Source of the DNA: Candidatus Poribacteria bacterium
Lineage (GTDB): Bacteria > Poribacteria > WGA-4E > PCPOR2b
Length of the DNA: 64,000 bases
Direction: 5' to 3'
Assembly: GCA_965208325.1 (NCBI GenBank)
Contig: OZ242326.1
Location: 3,200,001-3,264,000, forward strand
The position numbers and the translations under genes were made by a program. Position 1 is the first letter of the stretch; each line of letters opens with the position of its first letter. The notes under the pieces are model-generated. The model was given only the letters and a program-made list of their open reading frames with translations, ran no database searches and had not been told where the DNA came from. Positions 49,769-59,760 of this stretch are shown here, in pieces.

Positions 49769-51076
49769 TTAAGATGCATCAATATCTTCGCTAAACTCGG
49801 AGATGTCAGGTGGGAGTTCCAGTTGTGCGGTGGATTCGTCCGCGGGAAGGGCTTCGACCGTTTGAAGTTGCCGCTCCATGGCGCGAGTGCGGGTCTTGGT
49901 CTGACCGACTGTATTGGAGGCTGTGTTCAACTGGCGCTCCAACTTATCCATTATCGCGCCGAATTTGCCGAACTCCGTCTTCACGGCTGCAAGAATCTCC
50001 CAAACCTCGCTAGATCTCTTTTCAATGGCGAGGGTTTGGAAACCCATGCGGAGGCTATTCAAGAGCGCAGCTAGCGTGGTTGGGCCCGCGACGACAATCC
50101 GGTATTGTTGCAGGAGTTCCGTCACTTGGCCAGGGGAACGGAGGACCTCGGCATAAAGCCCTTCGGTCGGCATGAACATGATGGCAAAATTCGTGGTCTT
50201 AGGCGGGGCGATGTATTTGTCGTGAATCTTCTTGGCTTCAGCTTGCACCGATCGTCTGAAGGCACGGGACGCCTCCTGCACGGCAGTGGGGTCAGTACCG
50301 TTGTCGGCGGCTTCAACCAATTTTTCGTAATCAGCAAGCGGAAACTTGGAATCAATTGGCAGCCACACACAGGCGTCCGGCTCATCATCTCGTCCGGGGA
50401 GGCGGATGGCGTACTCCACTTCGTCCTGCGAGTTTGCTATCGTCCGTACGTTAGTGTCGTACTGATCCGGCGTGAGCACCTCTTCGAGGAGTGCGCCAAG
50501 CTGAACCTCGCCCCAAGTGCCGCGCGCTTTGACGTTTGTCAGGACGCGCTTGAGATCGCCGACGCCGGTTGCGAGGTTCTGCATCTCTCCGAGGCCGTGT
50601 TGCACCGCTTCAAGACGCTTACTGACGAGATTGAATGATTCGCCGAGCCGTTTTTCCAGCGTTGATTGAAGTTGTTCATCAACCGTCTTGCGCATCTGTT
50701 CAAGCTTGTTTTCATTGCTCGTCTGCATGGCTTGAAGCCGTTCGTCGACGGTTGACCGGACCTCCTTAAGGCGCTTTTCGTTGGATTGTGTCAGTGTGTC
50801 GATTGCATCTGTTCCGCTCTTGATATGGCGCGCCTGTGTTGCGCCGAGTTCTCCGACAGACTTAATGAGCGTGTTGGCAGTGGTTTCCTGACCGGCTCTA
50901 ATCTCGTTTCTGATTTCGCGGTCTGACCGCGCGACTTCCTCACGAAGGGAGCGCAACCCGTCTTGCACGGCTACCCCTGCTGCGCTCTTTCCAATCAACC
51001 GCACCAACACGAACCCGAGGAGCACAAGATTGACGGTTGACAGACCTACAAGGACCCAGATAAGTGTTTCAATCAT
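49769..51076 (-). CDS. rmuC: DNA recombination protein RmuC
   Basis: TM + coiled coil; RGTWGEVQL, PIDSKFP, FAIMFMPTEGLYAE, GPTTL motifs. Confidence 0.95.
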   Translation of the reverse strand: MIETLIWVLVGLSTVNLVLLGFVLVRLIGKSAAGVAVQDGLRSLREEVARSDREIRNEIRAGQETTANTLIKSVGELGATQARHIKSGTDAIDTLTQSNEKRLKEVRSTVDERLQAMQTSNENKLEQMRKTVDEQLQSTLEKRLGESFNLVSKRLEAVQHGLGEMQNLATGVGDLKRVLTNVKARGTWGEVQLGALLEEVLTPDQYDTNVRTIANSQDEVEYAIRLPGRDDEPDACVWLPIDSKFPLADYEKLVEAADNGTDPTAVQEASRAFRRSVQAEAKKIHDKYIAPPKTTNFAIMFMPTEGLYAEVLRSPGQVTELLQQYRIVVAGPTTLAALLNSLRMGFQTLAIEKRSSEVWEILAAVKTEFGKFGAIMDKLERQLNTASNTVGQTKTRTRAMERQLQTVEALPADESTAQLELPPDISEFSEDIDAS

Positions 51077-51117
51077 CTCCTTTGACCTCCAGTTGTTTAA
51101 CTTGAAACTTGCGCAGT

Positions 51118-51798
51118 TTAGTTCAGTTTCTCAATCCAGCCATTGACAACCCTAGCCATCTCGACGAATACGTCCTCCGCGGTTTTGCGGGAGCGTTTGA
51201 GCACTTTGAAACCGTGGTCGGCGGTATCCAGCAGATGCAAGGTTGCCTTGTCACCGAGTTTTTCACAAACCGGTGTTAACAAATCCAGTTCCGCCAATTT
51301 GTCCCGTGTTCCGGACAGGAACAGCATCGGCACCGTTACATCGCTCAGGTGATCGGCGCGTTCGGTGCCCGGTCTACCGGCGGGGTGGAGCGGGAATGCG
51401 AAGAACACTAAACCGCGCACACCTTCCAGCGGGGCATCCGCGGCTGCATGGGAGGACATTCGTCCGCTGTAGGAGTGCCCTCCAACGAGAAGCGGTAGTC
51501 CGCCCGCCGCCTCGTGTGCGGCGGCAACTGCGGAGCGCACGGTTTCCAGCGCAACCGCTTGTGACTCTCGACCGCCTCCGCCGCGTTCCATGTAGGGGAA
51601 TTGATAGCGGAGCGTGGCGATTCCGGTCTCTGCCAAACGTTCGGAAATCGTCTGGAGTGTTGGATGCCGCATATTTGTGCCCGCACCGTGTCCCAAAACC
51701 AGCAGCCAACTCGCGCCATCCGGACGAATCAGTAACGAGGAGACCTCGCCTTTTTCCTGCGTTGCGATGAATTTTGATTCTATCATCTCATGGCTCAT
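51118..51798 (-). CDS. Alpha/beta hydrolase (KANL3/DLH-like)
   Basis: LGHGAG, GGHSYSGRM nucleophile elbow, FPLHP.G, GTRD, DHGF. Confidence 0.88.
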   Translation of the reverse strand: MSHEMIESKFIATQEKGEVSSLLIRPDGASWLLVLGHGAGTNMRHPTLQTISERLAETGIATLRYQFPYMERGGGGRESQAVALETVRSAVAAAHEAAGGLPLLVGGHSYSGRMSSHAAADAPLEGVRGLVFFAFPLHPAGRPGTERADHLSDVTVPMLFLSGTRDKLAELDLLTPVCEKLGDKATLHLLDTADHGFKVLKRSRKTAEDVFVEMARVVNGWIEKLN

Positions 51799-51971
51799 TG
51801 TATGCGTCTCCTTACCAGAAAATAATGTAGCAACATTTTGTGCTCACCGCGGGCGGCATAGCACGATTTTAGAATAAAACCGTGTTTTCCGTCAAGGCGA
51901 AACTGGGGATATTCTTGAACGGTATGGACGAGCTATTGCAGTCAAACCCCCTCTAACTCCCCCTTGGTAAG

Positions 51972-52194
51972 CTTACTATGGCAGTGACCCCATTTGTTTG
52001 GACACGAAATTGCCGATGTTAAGAAGGTAATTTGAAGTTTTGGACTCACATACAACTGTGGGAGGGACATCCCTGTCCCGATAATCAGGGCTAGGAAGCC
52101 CTTCCCACAGGGGCTTCACAGCATGGTTACGTCAAGAATGAGAGGAGAAAACCTGTAAACTATCCGACTTTGCGGACTTGTGGGTAATAGTAAA
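51972..52194. mobile_element. 223-bp non-autonomous insertion with 10-bp target duplication
   Basis: CCTTGGTAAG at 51962-51971 and 52195-52204; ends CTTACTAT / ATAGTAAA are short inverted repeats; removal restores the palindrome CTCCCCCTT-GGT-AAGGGGGAG. Confidence 0.7.
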
Positions 52195-52252
52195 CCTTGG
52201 TAAGGGGGAGAATATACTTATTTCAATTCCCAAAACTCAAGATGCGCAGTGT

Positions 52253-53104
52253 TTACTCTTTTTTCACGCCGGTTTTTGCGCCTTTTGAGCGGAGATGGTC
52301 AATCATGCCCTGGCGATTGAGTTCGATTGCAAGATCGAGGGGCGTCCAGCCTGTATCGGTTTCGGCGTTGATATCGGCGCCCGCGTCGAGCATGAGGTCG
52401 GCTTGTTCGGTAAGACCCGACCACTCAGCGAGGGTGTGCATGGGGCGCCAATTTCCCCATACTTCGCCTTGAGCGTTGACATCGGCGCCGTTTTGTATGA
52501 GCAGTTCGGTAATCCGTACAAAACTGTCTTTCGATCCTCGCCGTGTGCGTCCAACCCAATGGAGCGGCGTGAAGCCGTCAACATCGGTGGTTGCGGCACA
52601 GGTCGGATTGCTTTGGAGCAGGTCTTGCGCGACGCCCAGCATTCCGAAATGCGACGCCGTAAGAATGTCAATTTCTGCGCCTTTGGCGAGCAGATAATCC
52701 ATAACGGTTTCAGCTTCTTCACACGCACCGTAGATGAGAGCTGCGCACTGCAGCGGCGTGTAACCGCGATGATCTTGGGACTGGACGAGATTTGGGTTCT
52801 CTTTGAGCATGCGGCGCACCGCGTCCAGCATACCGGCGCGAGCGGCGGTAAAGATGTCCAATTCTGCACCATTTTCAGCTAAATACTGTACGATTTTTCG
52901 ATGCTGCGGCCGATGCCAAACGACTTGGGCTGCGGCAATCTGAATCAGGCTGCCGCCACCGTCTTGTCTCTGTGCGACCGCAAGTCGGCGGTCTCCTTCA
53001 ACAAGGATTTTTACCGTCGAGAGGCCGCCCTTTTTGACAGCGTTAATCGCCTCATTTACACGGGTTTCAAAGTCAATGCCACTGCCTGCCATAAAAATAA
53101 TCAC
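52253..53104 (-). CDS. Ankyrin repeat protein
   Basis: GYTPLQCAA, GFTPLHW, GWTPLDLA and L..GADVN/GADIN repeats. Confidence 0.92.
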   Translation of the reverse strand: MIIFMAGSGIDFETRVNEAINAVKKGGLSTVKILVEGDRRLAVAQRQDGGGSLIQIAAAQVVWHRPQHRKIVQYLAENGAELDIFTAARAGMLDAVRRMLKENPNLVQSQDHRGYTPLQCAALIYGACEEAETVMDYLLAKGAEIDILTASHFGMLGVAQDLLQSNPTCAATTDVDGFTPLHWVGRTRRGSKDSFVRITELLIQNGADVNAQGEVWGNWRPMHTLAEWSGLTEQADLMLDAGADINAETDTGWTPLDLAIELNRQGMIDHLRSKGAKTGVKKE

Positions 53105-53222
53105 CTATGAACATCTGTGTCCTCTGCAGTGCGAACAGTCTGCTCACCTGCGCCATGCAACCGCCTAACTCGTAGCCGTCTAAACAAAAGGAATCAACCG
53201 GGGATGGGTGTAGACACCCCGA

Positions 53223-53894
53223 CTACTCGGTTTTCTCCGCGATGAGCCGAATGACTGCCGCCGTTCCGTTGTGCATCCCTTCATTCAGTTCTACGACTGT
53301 GTCCTCATAGTACAAGATTCGCAGCGACTTAAAGTGATGCAAAAGTTCGTTGGGTTTCACAAGATAGTCGGGATTCCTGGGTCCAAAGCCGCTAGATTCC
53401 CTGTAGTTGAGGTGGTCGACCGAGAATTGCTCAAGGATAAACATGCCGCCCGGCTTCAGCGCTTCAATGACTTGAGGGAAAATTGACGTGTCGTAGTAGT
53501 AAAAATTTGTGACCAGATCGTATTGCGCTATGCCCATGTCATAGCCGGTCAAATCCGCAACGACGGCATGTACCTCTGTGTTTCTTTCCTTCGCCAGTTT
53601 GTTACATTTTTTTATGGCGACCTCAGAGATGTCAACACCGGTGACATCAAAGCCGTTTTGGGCGAGATAGACCGCGTTACGCCCCTCCCCCATCGCCAGC
53701 ACGAGCGCTTTACCGACCTTGAGTCCTCCAATCTTCTTTTTGAGGAAAGCGGCGGGTTCTACCCCGTATATATACATCTCGTGGTCGTACCGCTCATTCC
53801 ACCGCGCTTTCGTTGACTCGGATTTGCTGCCTAGCAGCGGGACTTGGCTAAATAGAAATAGTCCAATAGCTGTGGGTATGATTAGATGTCTCAT
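53223..53894 (-). CDS. Class I SAM-dependent methyltransferase (TehB-like) with N-terminal signal-like segment
   Basis: KALVLAMGEGRNAVYLA..GFDVTGVDIS; LKPGG. Confidence 0.88.
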   Translation of the reverse strand: MRHLIIPTAIGLFLFSQVPLLGSKSESTKARWNERYDHEMYIYGVEPAAFLKKKIGGLKVGKALVLAMGEGRNAVYLAQNGFDVTGVDISEVAIKKCNKLAKERNTEVHAVVADLTGYDMGIAQYDLVTNFYYYDTSIFPQVIEALKPGGMFILEQFSVDHLNYRESSGFGPRNPDYLVKPNELLHHFKSLRILYYEDTVVELNEGMHNGTAAVIRLIAEKTE

Positions 53895-54216
53895 ATTTCT
53901 CCTTTTGGTTGTATTTTTACGCGATCTCCAAGATTAGGTTCTGGCCGTAAGTTGTACGTTCCGGAATAAATTAGAAAGTCCGATTCGATAGGTTCATTAA
54001 ATGGAGGACAATGGAAGTAGGTTAGGGATTTCATTTCTGCTGCTCACTGACTATATTGAAAGCAAATTCGAAATTAGATTCGGGCGTAGATTAGCGTCTC
54101 GGTTTGGACATGATAATCGCATTATAGATGTTTAGCTATTATAAAATCCTTCTTAGCACGCTGTCCAGTTTTTTGGGTCGGGTCAGATACCAAAACATAA
54201 ATTCAGTATCTTTCGC

Positions 54217-54975
54217 TTGAACGCGGGTTCATTATATGGCATGATGGAGATGGGAACCATGGAGAAGTCAATGGATCGGGCGGTTATATTCGATCTCTAT
54301 GAGACGCTAATCACTGAAAATCACCCGGAATGGCATGCGGAGGCGCGAACGGCGGGCGAGCGGCTCGGTTTATCTCAAGAGGATTTTGAACGTGAGTGGT
54401 TTGCGCGGTACCAAGCGCGAATGACCGGGAAGTTTCGGCGCTACAGCGATGTGTTGAGGGAAATATGTTGCGCTTGCGAAATTGCTCCGCCTGAAGAAGA
54501 AATCTCCACGATGCAAGCGGAGAAATTGGCTGCGAAGGCTCGGCCGTTTGAACGTCTGGATCCGCTGGTTGTTGAAACGCTGTATAAGTTAAAAGCGTCA
54601 GGATATCGTATTGGGCTCATCTCAAATTGTGCATTTGATGAAATGGCGGCATGGGATTCCAGCGAACTTGCGGTTCAGGTTGACGTGACAATGTTTTCGT
54701 GTGTAGAAGGGTTAACTAAACCGAATCCTGCAATTTACGAACTGGCATGTGAGAGGTTGGGCGTCGACAATAGTGCTGCGGTTTATGTGGGTGACGGCGG
54801 GAGCGATGAGTTGCGCGGTGCGGATACGGCAGGACTGACGGCAATTTGGGCGACGTGGTACATTGAGAAATGGCCGTGGGACTGGGTGGGATATGTATCC
54901 AAAACATCAGATGCCTTTCCTCAATGCCGGCGAATTTGCGATTTGCCTGCCCTTGTAGATGACATGTACACTTAA
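54217..54975 (+). CDS. HAD-family hydrolase (true start probably 54259 or 54271)
   Basis: IFDLYETL, LISN, KP.P.IY, YVGDG..DEL.GA motifs. Confidence 0.88.
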   Translation: MNAGSLYGMMEMGTMEKSMDRAVIFDLYETLITENHPEWHAEARTAGERLGLSQEDFEREWFARYQARMTGKFRRYSDVLREICCACEIAPPEEEISTMQAEKLAAKARPFERLDPLVVETLYKLKASGYRIGLISNCAFDEMAAWDSSELAVQVDVTMFSCVEGLTKPNPAIYELACERLGVDNSAAVYVGDGGSDELRGADTAGLTAIWATWYIEKWPWDWVGYVSKTSDAFPQCRRICDLPALVDDMYT

Positions 54976-55067
54976 AGGATTCGAGCACCGGGGCTGTATT
55001 CGCTACAACCGCTGAAGGTGTCCAGTAGGGCGATTCGCTTCTATCTAAGATCGATTGCAATCGTATT

Positions 55068-55082
55068 CGGCACGATTATTGC
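55068..55082 (+). promoter_or_regulatory. Possible sigma54 promoter of the two-component operon
   Basis: CGGCACGATTATTGC (GG-N10-GC). Confidence 0.5.
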
Positions 55083-55181
55083 GTAGATTTGCAAAGTAGT
55101 TCGCCGTATGTGTTATCATCGGCGTTGAATATAAACTAGAGTGACAAAATCCCTTGGTTAAAATGTCCGAGTGGAAGCACT

Positions 55182-56840
55182 ATGCGCCTAAATCGACACA
55201 GCCTCTTTTTTCCCGCGGTGACGCTGACCGTATTGACAATTACGCTCACCGTGATTCTAGCCATCTCCACATACCGTAACCTGCATCGTGAGCGAAGCCA
55301 GATGGAGGAATCAATCACGCGGGAGGGAGCCGCACTGCTGCGCCTGTTTGAAACAGTGCTTCGCAGCCGGGATTATGGAGGCAGGGAAAGAGTTGCCGAA
55401 GTCCAACAGTTGGTATCTGCCGCGGCGCCGAACGAGAATATTGCCTACATTTATATGTTTAATCAACAGGGAAAGATTCTGGCGCACAGCAATCCCGAAA
55501 TGGTTGGGACACTCATTGGCGGCGACATTCCAAAGGGTTCCAAGACTCCGTTGCTGCGGGAAGATGATTCCGCGGAACATCTCTTTGAGGTTCGAAGTGG
55601 CTTTCACGCCGTTCCATCTGAACAGTCTCCCACCCACTATCTCGGAATCGGCCTTGAGATGGGTACGCTTGAGCGGGCGCATCATGAAGACCGTTTGCAC
55701 ACTATGATGATGGCTGCCATGCTCATCCTATTAGGTTCAGGTTCGCTGTTCTTTATTCTTGTGGTGCAGAATTTCCACCTTGTCCAACGCACGCTCAATC
55801 AGATGAAAAGTTATATTCACTACGTTGTGGAGAGCATGGCAAACGGCTTGATTTCGCTCGATGCTAACGGCGCAGTGACCACAATCAACCGAGCGGCACA
55901 AGAACTTGTCGGTGTCTCAGAAACGGAATCGAAATCGCTTGAGATTGATAGACTTTTACCCCCGCACGCAACTGAGATTCAGGAGGTGCTTGAACATAAT
56001 CACACTATCCTCAACAAAGAGATTGTATTGAAACACCCTGGCGGACTCGCCATTCCTGTGAACCTGAGCGCAACTCAGGTGAAAGATGAGCGTGGAGCCA
56101 AGCTGGGCGTCGTGGTGCTGCTGCATGATATGCGTGAGATGGTGGAGTTACAGGAGCGAGCCAAACGCGCCGAGCATCTGGCGTCCATAGGTAGAATGGC
56201 GGCGACGGTTGCGCATGAGGTTCGGAATCCGCTCTCCTCGATTCGAGGGTTTGCCCAATTTTTCGCGAATCTCTTTCAGGAAAAAACGGAGGAACGCACC
56301 TACGCGTTGGCAATGATGAAAGAGTCGAACCGCTTGAACCGTGTGGTTTCGGAACTTTTGGATTACGCGCGTCCGCTGGAATTGAAGGTAGAACCGACCT
56401 CAATCGAGGCACTATTTCACGACGTGGTCCGGCGGCTTGAGCTGGAAAAGTCAGACTCCCTCGTTGAGGTTATTCAGGAAATACAACCCGATATGCCCCA
56501 TGTGCTGCTCGATCCTGACCGGATGCTTCAGGTGTTGCTCAATCTCATGCAAAATAGCATTGACGCGATGCCCAACGGCGGCAAGCTAATTCTTTCCGCC
56601 ATGTTGGACGCAGAACGAAAGTGCGTCCAGATTGTAATACGGGACACGGGAGATGGAATTTCCCAAGCCGATATGCCGAGGCTGTTTGAGCCTTTCTTCA
56701 CAACGAAAGCACGCGGAGCCGGACTTGGGCTTGCCGTCGTGCGAAAAATCGTGGATGCGCAGGATGGCGAGGTGGAAGTGAGAAGCGAAGCTGGCGTTGG
56801 CACGGAGGTAATTTTGACCCTGCCGCAAATGGAGACATAG
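55182..56840 (+). CDS. PAS-domain sensor histidine kinase (ZraS/HydH-like)
   Basis: Two TM helices, PAS region, AHEVRNPLSSI H-box, N-box, DTGDGI, FEPFFTTK, GLGL. Confidence 0.92.
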   Translation: MRLNRHSLFFPAVTLTVLTITLTVILAISTYRNLHRERSQMEESITREGAALLRLFETVLRSRDYGGRERVAEVQQLVSAAAPNENIAYIYMFNQQGKILAHSNPEMVGTLIGGDIPKGSKTPLLREDDSAEHLFEVRSGFHAVPSEQSPTHYLGIGLEMGTLERAHHEDRLHTMMMAAMLILLGSGSLFFILVVQNFHLVQRTLNQMKSYIHYVVESMANGLISLDANGAVTTINRAAQELVGVSETESKSLEIDRLLPPHATEIQEVLEHNHTILNKEIVLKHPGGLAIPVNLSATQVKDERGAKLGVVVLLHDMREMVELQERAKRAEHLASIGRMAATVAHEVRNPLSSIRGFAQFFANLFQEKTEERTYALAMMKESNRLNRVVSELLDYARPLELKVEPTSIEALFHDVVRRLELEKSDSLVEVIQEIQPDMPHVLLDPDRMLQVLLNLMQNSIDAMPNGGKLILSAMLDAERKCVQIVIRDTGDGISQADMPRLFEPFFTTKARGAGLGLAVVRKIVDAQDGEVEVRSEAGVGTEVILTLPQMET

Positions 56841-56856
56841 AAAGGGGTACTTTAGC

Positions 56857-58212
56857 GTGCGGTTAAAGATTCTTATCGTAGACGACGAGCCGTCTCATCG
56901 ACTGATGCTATTTGCCCATCTCAAATCGGATTACGATGTCACCGAGGCATCTGACGGTTTTCAGGCGGTGGAAGCCGTAAAACTGCAGTTCTACGATTTG
57001 GTGATTATGGACATTCGCATGCCGGGCATGGATGGTTTGGCGGCGCTTAGGCAGATTAAAGCGATTAGCCCGGGAATTGTTGTGTTTATCATGACCGCGT
57101 TCCAGTCTGTGGAAACCGCACGGGAAGCGCTGCGACAGGGTGCGAGCGACTACATCGTCAAACCGGTTGATGCGGAAGAGCTATTAGGCAATATCGAGCG
57201 CGAGTTTTCTTACCGCGACCTGCAACGCGAGAATACTCTGCTGAAAGAGCGACTTGATGAGCAGTTCACCGATTCCAACATTATTGCCCGAAGTGCTATT
57301 ATGCGGGAAGTGCTGCAGAGCGTTGGGTTAATTGCGCCCTCGGATGCGACGGTGCTCATTCTCGGCGAGAGCGGCACCGGCAAAGAGCTAATTGCCAATC
57401 TAATCCATGCGCGAAGTCCACGCGCAAAAAAACCGTTCATCAAGATCAACTGCGCTGCGCTCACGGAGACACTGTTGGAAAGCGAGCTATTTGGTCATGA
57501 GAAAGGGGCTTTCACCGGCGCAACGGGACGCAAGCTGGGACGTTTTGAATTAGCAGATGGCGGTTCGCTCTTTCTCGACGAGGTGGGGGAGATGAGTCCA
57601 ACCACCCAAGTCAAGCTGTTACGCGTCCTTCAAGAGCAGCAATTTGAGCGGGTTGGCGGTACGGAGCCGATAACCGTCGATATCCGAATCATCACGGCGA
57701 CGAATAAGAACCTCTTGGCGGAGGTCGAGGCGAATCGGTTCCGTGAAGACCTGTATTATCGACTCAACGTTGTGCCGGTTCAGCTTCCGTCGTTAAGAGA
57801 GCGGCGCGAAGACATCCCGCCGTTAGCTGCGTATTTTCTCGATATCTATACAGAGAAAAACCGGCGCGGCATCATGAAAATCCTGCCCGACGCGCTTGAT
57901 GTGATGATGCGCTACGATTGGCCCGGAAATGTCCGCGAACTCGAGAACACAATCGAACGCGGCGTTATCATCGCACGTTCGGAATGCCTAACCACGGAGG
58001 AGCTGCCGCCGAATATCCGTAAAATCGCCGAATCGGAAACCGGTTACGATTCCGATGTGACGGTTGGCGGTACGATAAAAGACATGGAGAAGGAATTCAT
58101 TGCTCGAACACTGGTTTCTGTCGCTGGAAATCGTACCCATGCCGCTAAAATCCTAGGTATCACGCGCAAAACTTTACAGAACAAGATGCGGGAATACCAT
58201 CTCGATCTCTGA
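56857..58212 (+). CDS. Sigma54-dependent response regulator (ZraR/NtrC-like)
   Basis: Receiver (VDDE, DIRMP), GESGTGKE, ESELFGHEKGAFTGA, LFLDEV, Fis-type HTH. Confidence 0.96.
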   Translation: MRLKILIVDDEPSHRLMLFAHLKSDYDVTEASDGFQAVEAVKLQFYDLVIMDIRMPGMDGLAALRQIKAISPGIVVFIMTAFQSVETAREALRQGASDYIVKPVDAEELLGNIEREFSYRDLQRENTLLKERLDEQFTDSNIIARSAIMREVLQSVGLIAPSDATVLILGESGTGKELIANLIHARSPRAKKPFIKINCAALTETLLESELFGHEKGAFTGATGRKLGRFELADGGSLFLDEVGEMSPTTQVKLLRVLQEQQFERVGGTEPITVDIRIITATNKNLLAEVEANRFREDLYYRLNVVPVQLPSLRERREDIPPLAAYFLDIYTEKNRRGIMKILPDALDVMMRYDWPGNVRELENTIERGVIIARSECLTTEELPPNIRKIAESETGYDSDVTVGGTIKDMEKEFIARTLVSVAGNRTHAAKILGITRKTLQNKMREYHLDL

Positions 58213-58262
58213 TCTGAATCAATCAGGTTTATCAATCCTCATCTCCTCAATTTTCCCTCACC

Positions 58263-58312
58263 TGTATAAAAAGTATCCAGTCCATCGTTCGCTTCTGTGT
58301 AAAAATTACACA
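58263..58312. promoter_or_regulatory. Paired upstream activator sites for a sigma54 enhancer-binding protein
   Basis: TGTATAAAAAGTATCCA and the perfect palindrome TGTGTAA-AAA-TTACACA, 33 bp apart. Confidence 0.6.
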
Positions 58313-58388
58313 CCGTTGATGCTCTCTCTCGAATTTAATAGACATCTTTCCTAATTAACTCAATGTGGTTGACAAAACCGAAGCGTTA

Positions 58389-58523
58389 AGGGCAACCACA
58401 AGGGTTGCCCCTAAAGCGTATTATCCCAATTTGAGGGTAGTCGTTTTACACCTGCCGCCCCGCTGGGGCTAGATGTTGATGTGTAACAGTGATTTCTATA
58501 TACCTGCCGCCCCTCCGGGGCTA
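58389..58523. repeat. Cluster of REP-like palindromes
   Basis: GGGCAACCACAAGGGTTGCCC and two copies of CCTGCCGCCCC(G/T)C(T/C)GGGGCTA. Confidence 0.65.
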
Positions 58524-58668
58524 TCCGGCGGTGGAATTATTTTGGAAAGATGTCTAATGTGGTAATTGCCTGAGTTAGGCGGTATGGCGCGAGTGTGCGC
58601 TTTATGCAGTACCTTAAGCGAATCCCATTGGCTTGTTTCTTTGTTTTTTCATCCCAGTCAAGAGGGGT

Positions 58669-58683
58669 TGGCATTTAATTTGC
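58669..58683 (+). promoter_or_regulatory. Sigma54 promoter of the metal-efflux operon
   Basis: TGGCATTTAATTTGC (GG-N10-GC). Confidence 0.7.
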
Positions 58684-58778
58684 GTTAAGTATGTTCGTAT
58701 GAAAAAGTCAAAACAGGCATAAGGAGATCTACCAGATTTTCTTTGTCCCCAAATCTGAAACGAAAAAAGGAGAAAATC

Positions 58779-59417
58779 GTGAAAAGGACAGTCGTATTCG
58801 CAATCTCGATCCTCGGCCTCGTCGTTGGACTCTTGGTTTCTATTTCCACGATTCAGGCGGATAAGCGCTCACATGGGCATGATCATCATGCCGATATGCA
58901 CCACCACGGTGAGCATACCAAGAAGAGTGGCAAGGCACGCTGCGCGATTGTTGGTATGATGATGAAAGCGTCCGCCATGACGGAACTGAGTCTTGACGGA
59001 AAAACGTACTATTTCTGTAATGCGAAACAAGCGGAGATGTTCAAAGTCCATCCGGACAAATTCCTCAAACAGACTTCGCTGGGTCATGCCACGGTCAATC
59101 TCAATGTTTTGACAATTGATGAATACAAAGAGATAATGCAGGATTTGGGCATGGGCGGCATGATGAAGATGGACGCGATGAAGGGAAAAACGCACCGCAT
59201 GAGCGTCTACATAACGCAACAAAATAAAGATCATAGCCAACCACTTGAGGGTGCTTACCTCGCATTGAAAATTACCGAATCCAACGGTAAGAAAACAACC
59301 GTGCCGTTGTCTTACAACAAAATGATGAAAACTTATGACGCTTTTGCTGCCGTGCCAGCAGATGCAACCCTTCGAGTTCAAATGGTCATTACAACACCTG
59401 AAATCGACGTTTCGTAG
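58779..59417 (+). CDS. Secreted His/Met-rich YHS-domain metal-binding protein
   Basis: AGGAG RBS before GTG; signal peptide; HGHDHHADMHHHGEH; C...GM...DGKTYYFC.....F...P.KF (YHS). Confidence 0.8.
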   Translation: MKRTVVFAISILGLVVGLLVSISTIQADKRSHGHDHHADMHHHGEHTKKSGKARCAIVGMMMKASAMTELSLDGKTYYFCNAKQAEMFKVHPDKFLKQTSLGHATVNLNVLTIDEYKEIMQDLGMGGMMKMDAMKGKTHRMSVYITQQNKDHSQPLEGAYLALKITESNGKKTTVPLSYNKMMKTYDAFAAVPADATLRVQMVITTPEIDVS

Positions 59418-59424
59418 TAGACTA

Positions 59425-59661
59425 GGGCGTGTTGACATTTGTGTAAATCCCTCCGTAACCGTAGGGGATCAACCGAGTGAATAGCGAGGGCGAAAGTGTT
59501 TTTCAGGTTACCCCGCCCACAAATCAACCGCTGGCGGGGAACTCCTAACCATACAGATATGATTGAGAAAAGAGGGTTGGGTAACCCAACCCTTACGAAT
59601 CGTCTCGGGGCTGTGCACTGCCCCCATGATTGTTCAGTTGTGATTAAATGTCAACAGAACC
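59425..59661. mobile_element. MITE-like element, copy 2
   Basis: GGGCGTGTTGACATTT...AAATGTCAACAGAACC flanked by TA; shares internal blocks with 6042..6458. Confidence 0.75.
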
Positions 59662-59760
59662 TAATCAGATTCGCTGGGTCAAACCGGCATCGGGTTTGAA
59701 CCAGCGGCTCGGTTTAGTTACTTGAGAATTTCTGTGAAAGTTTCTTTTATAGGAGCCGTT

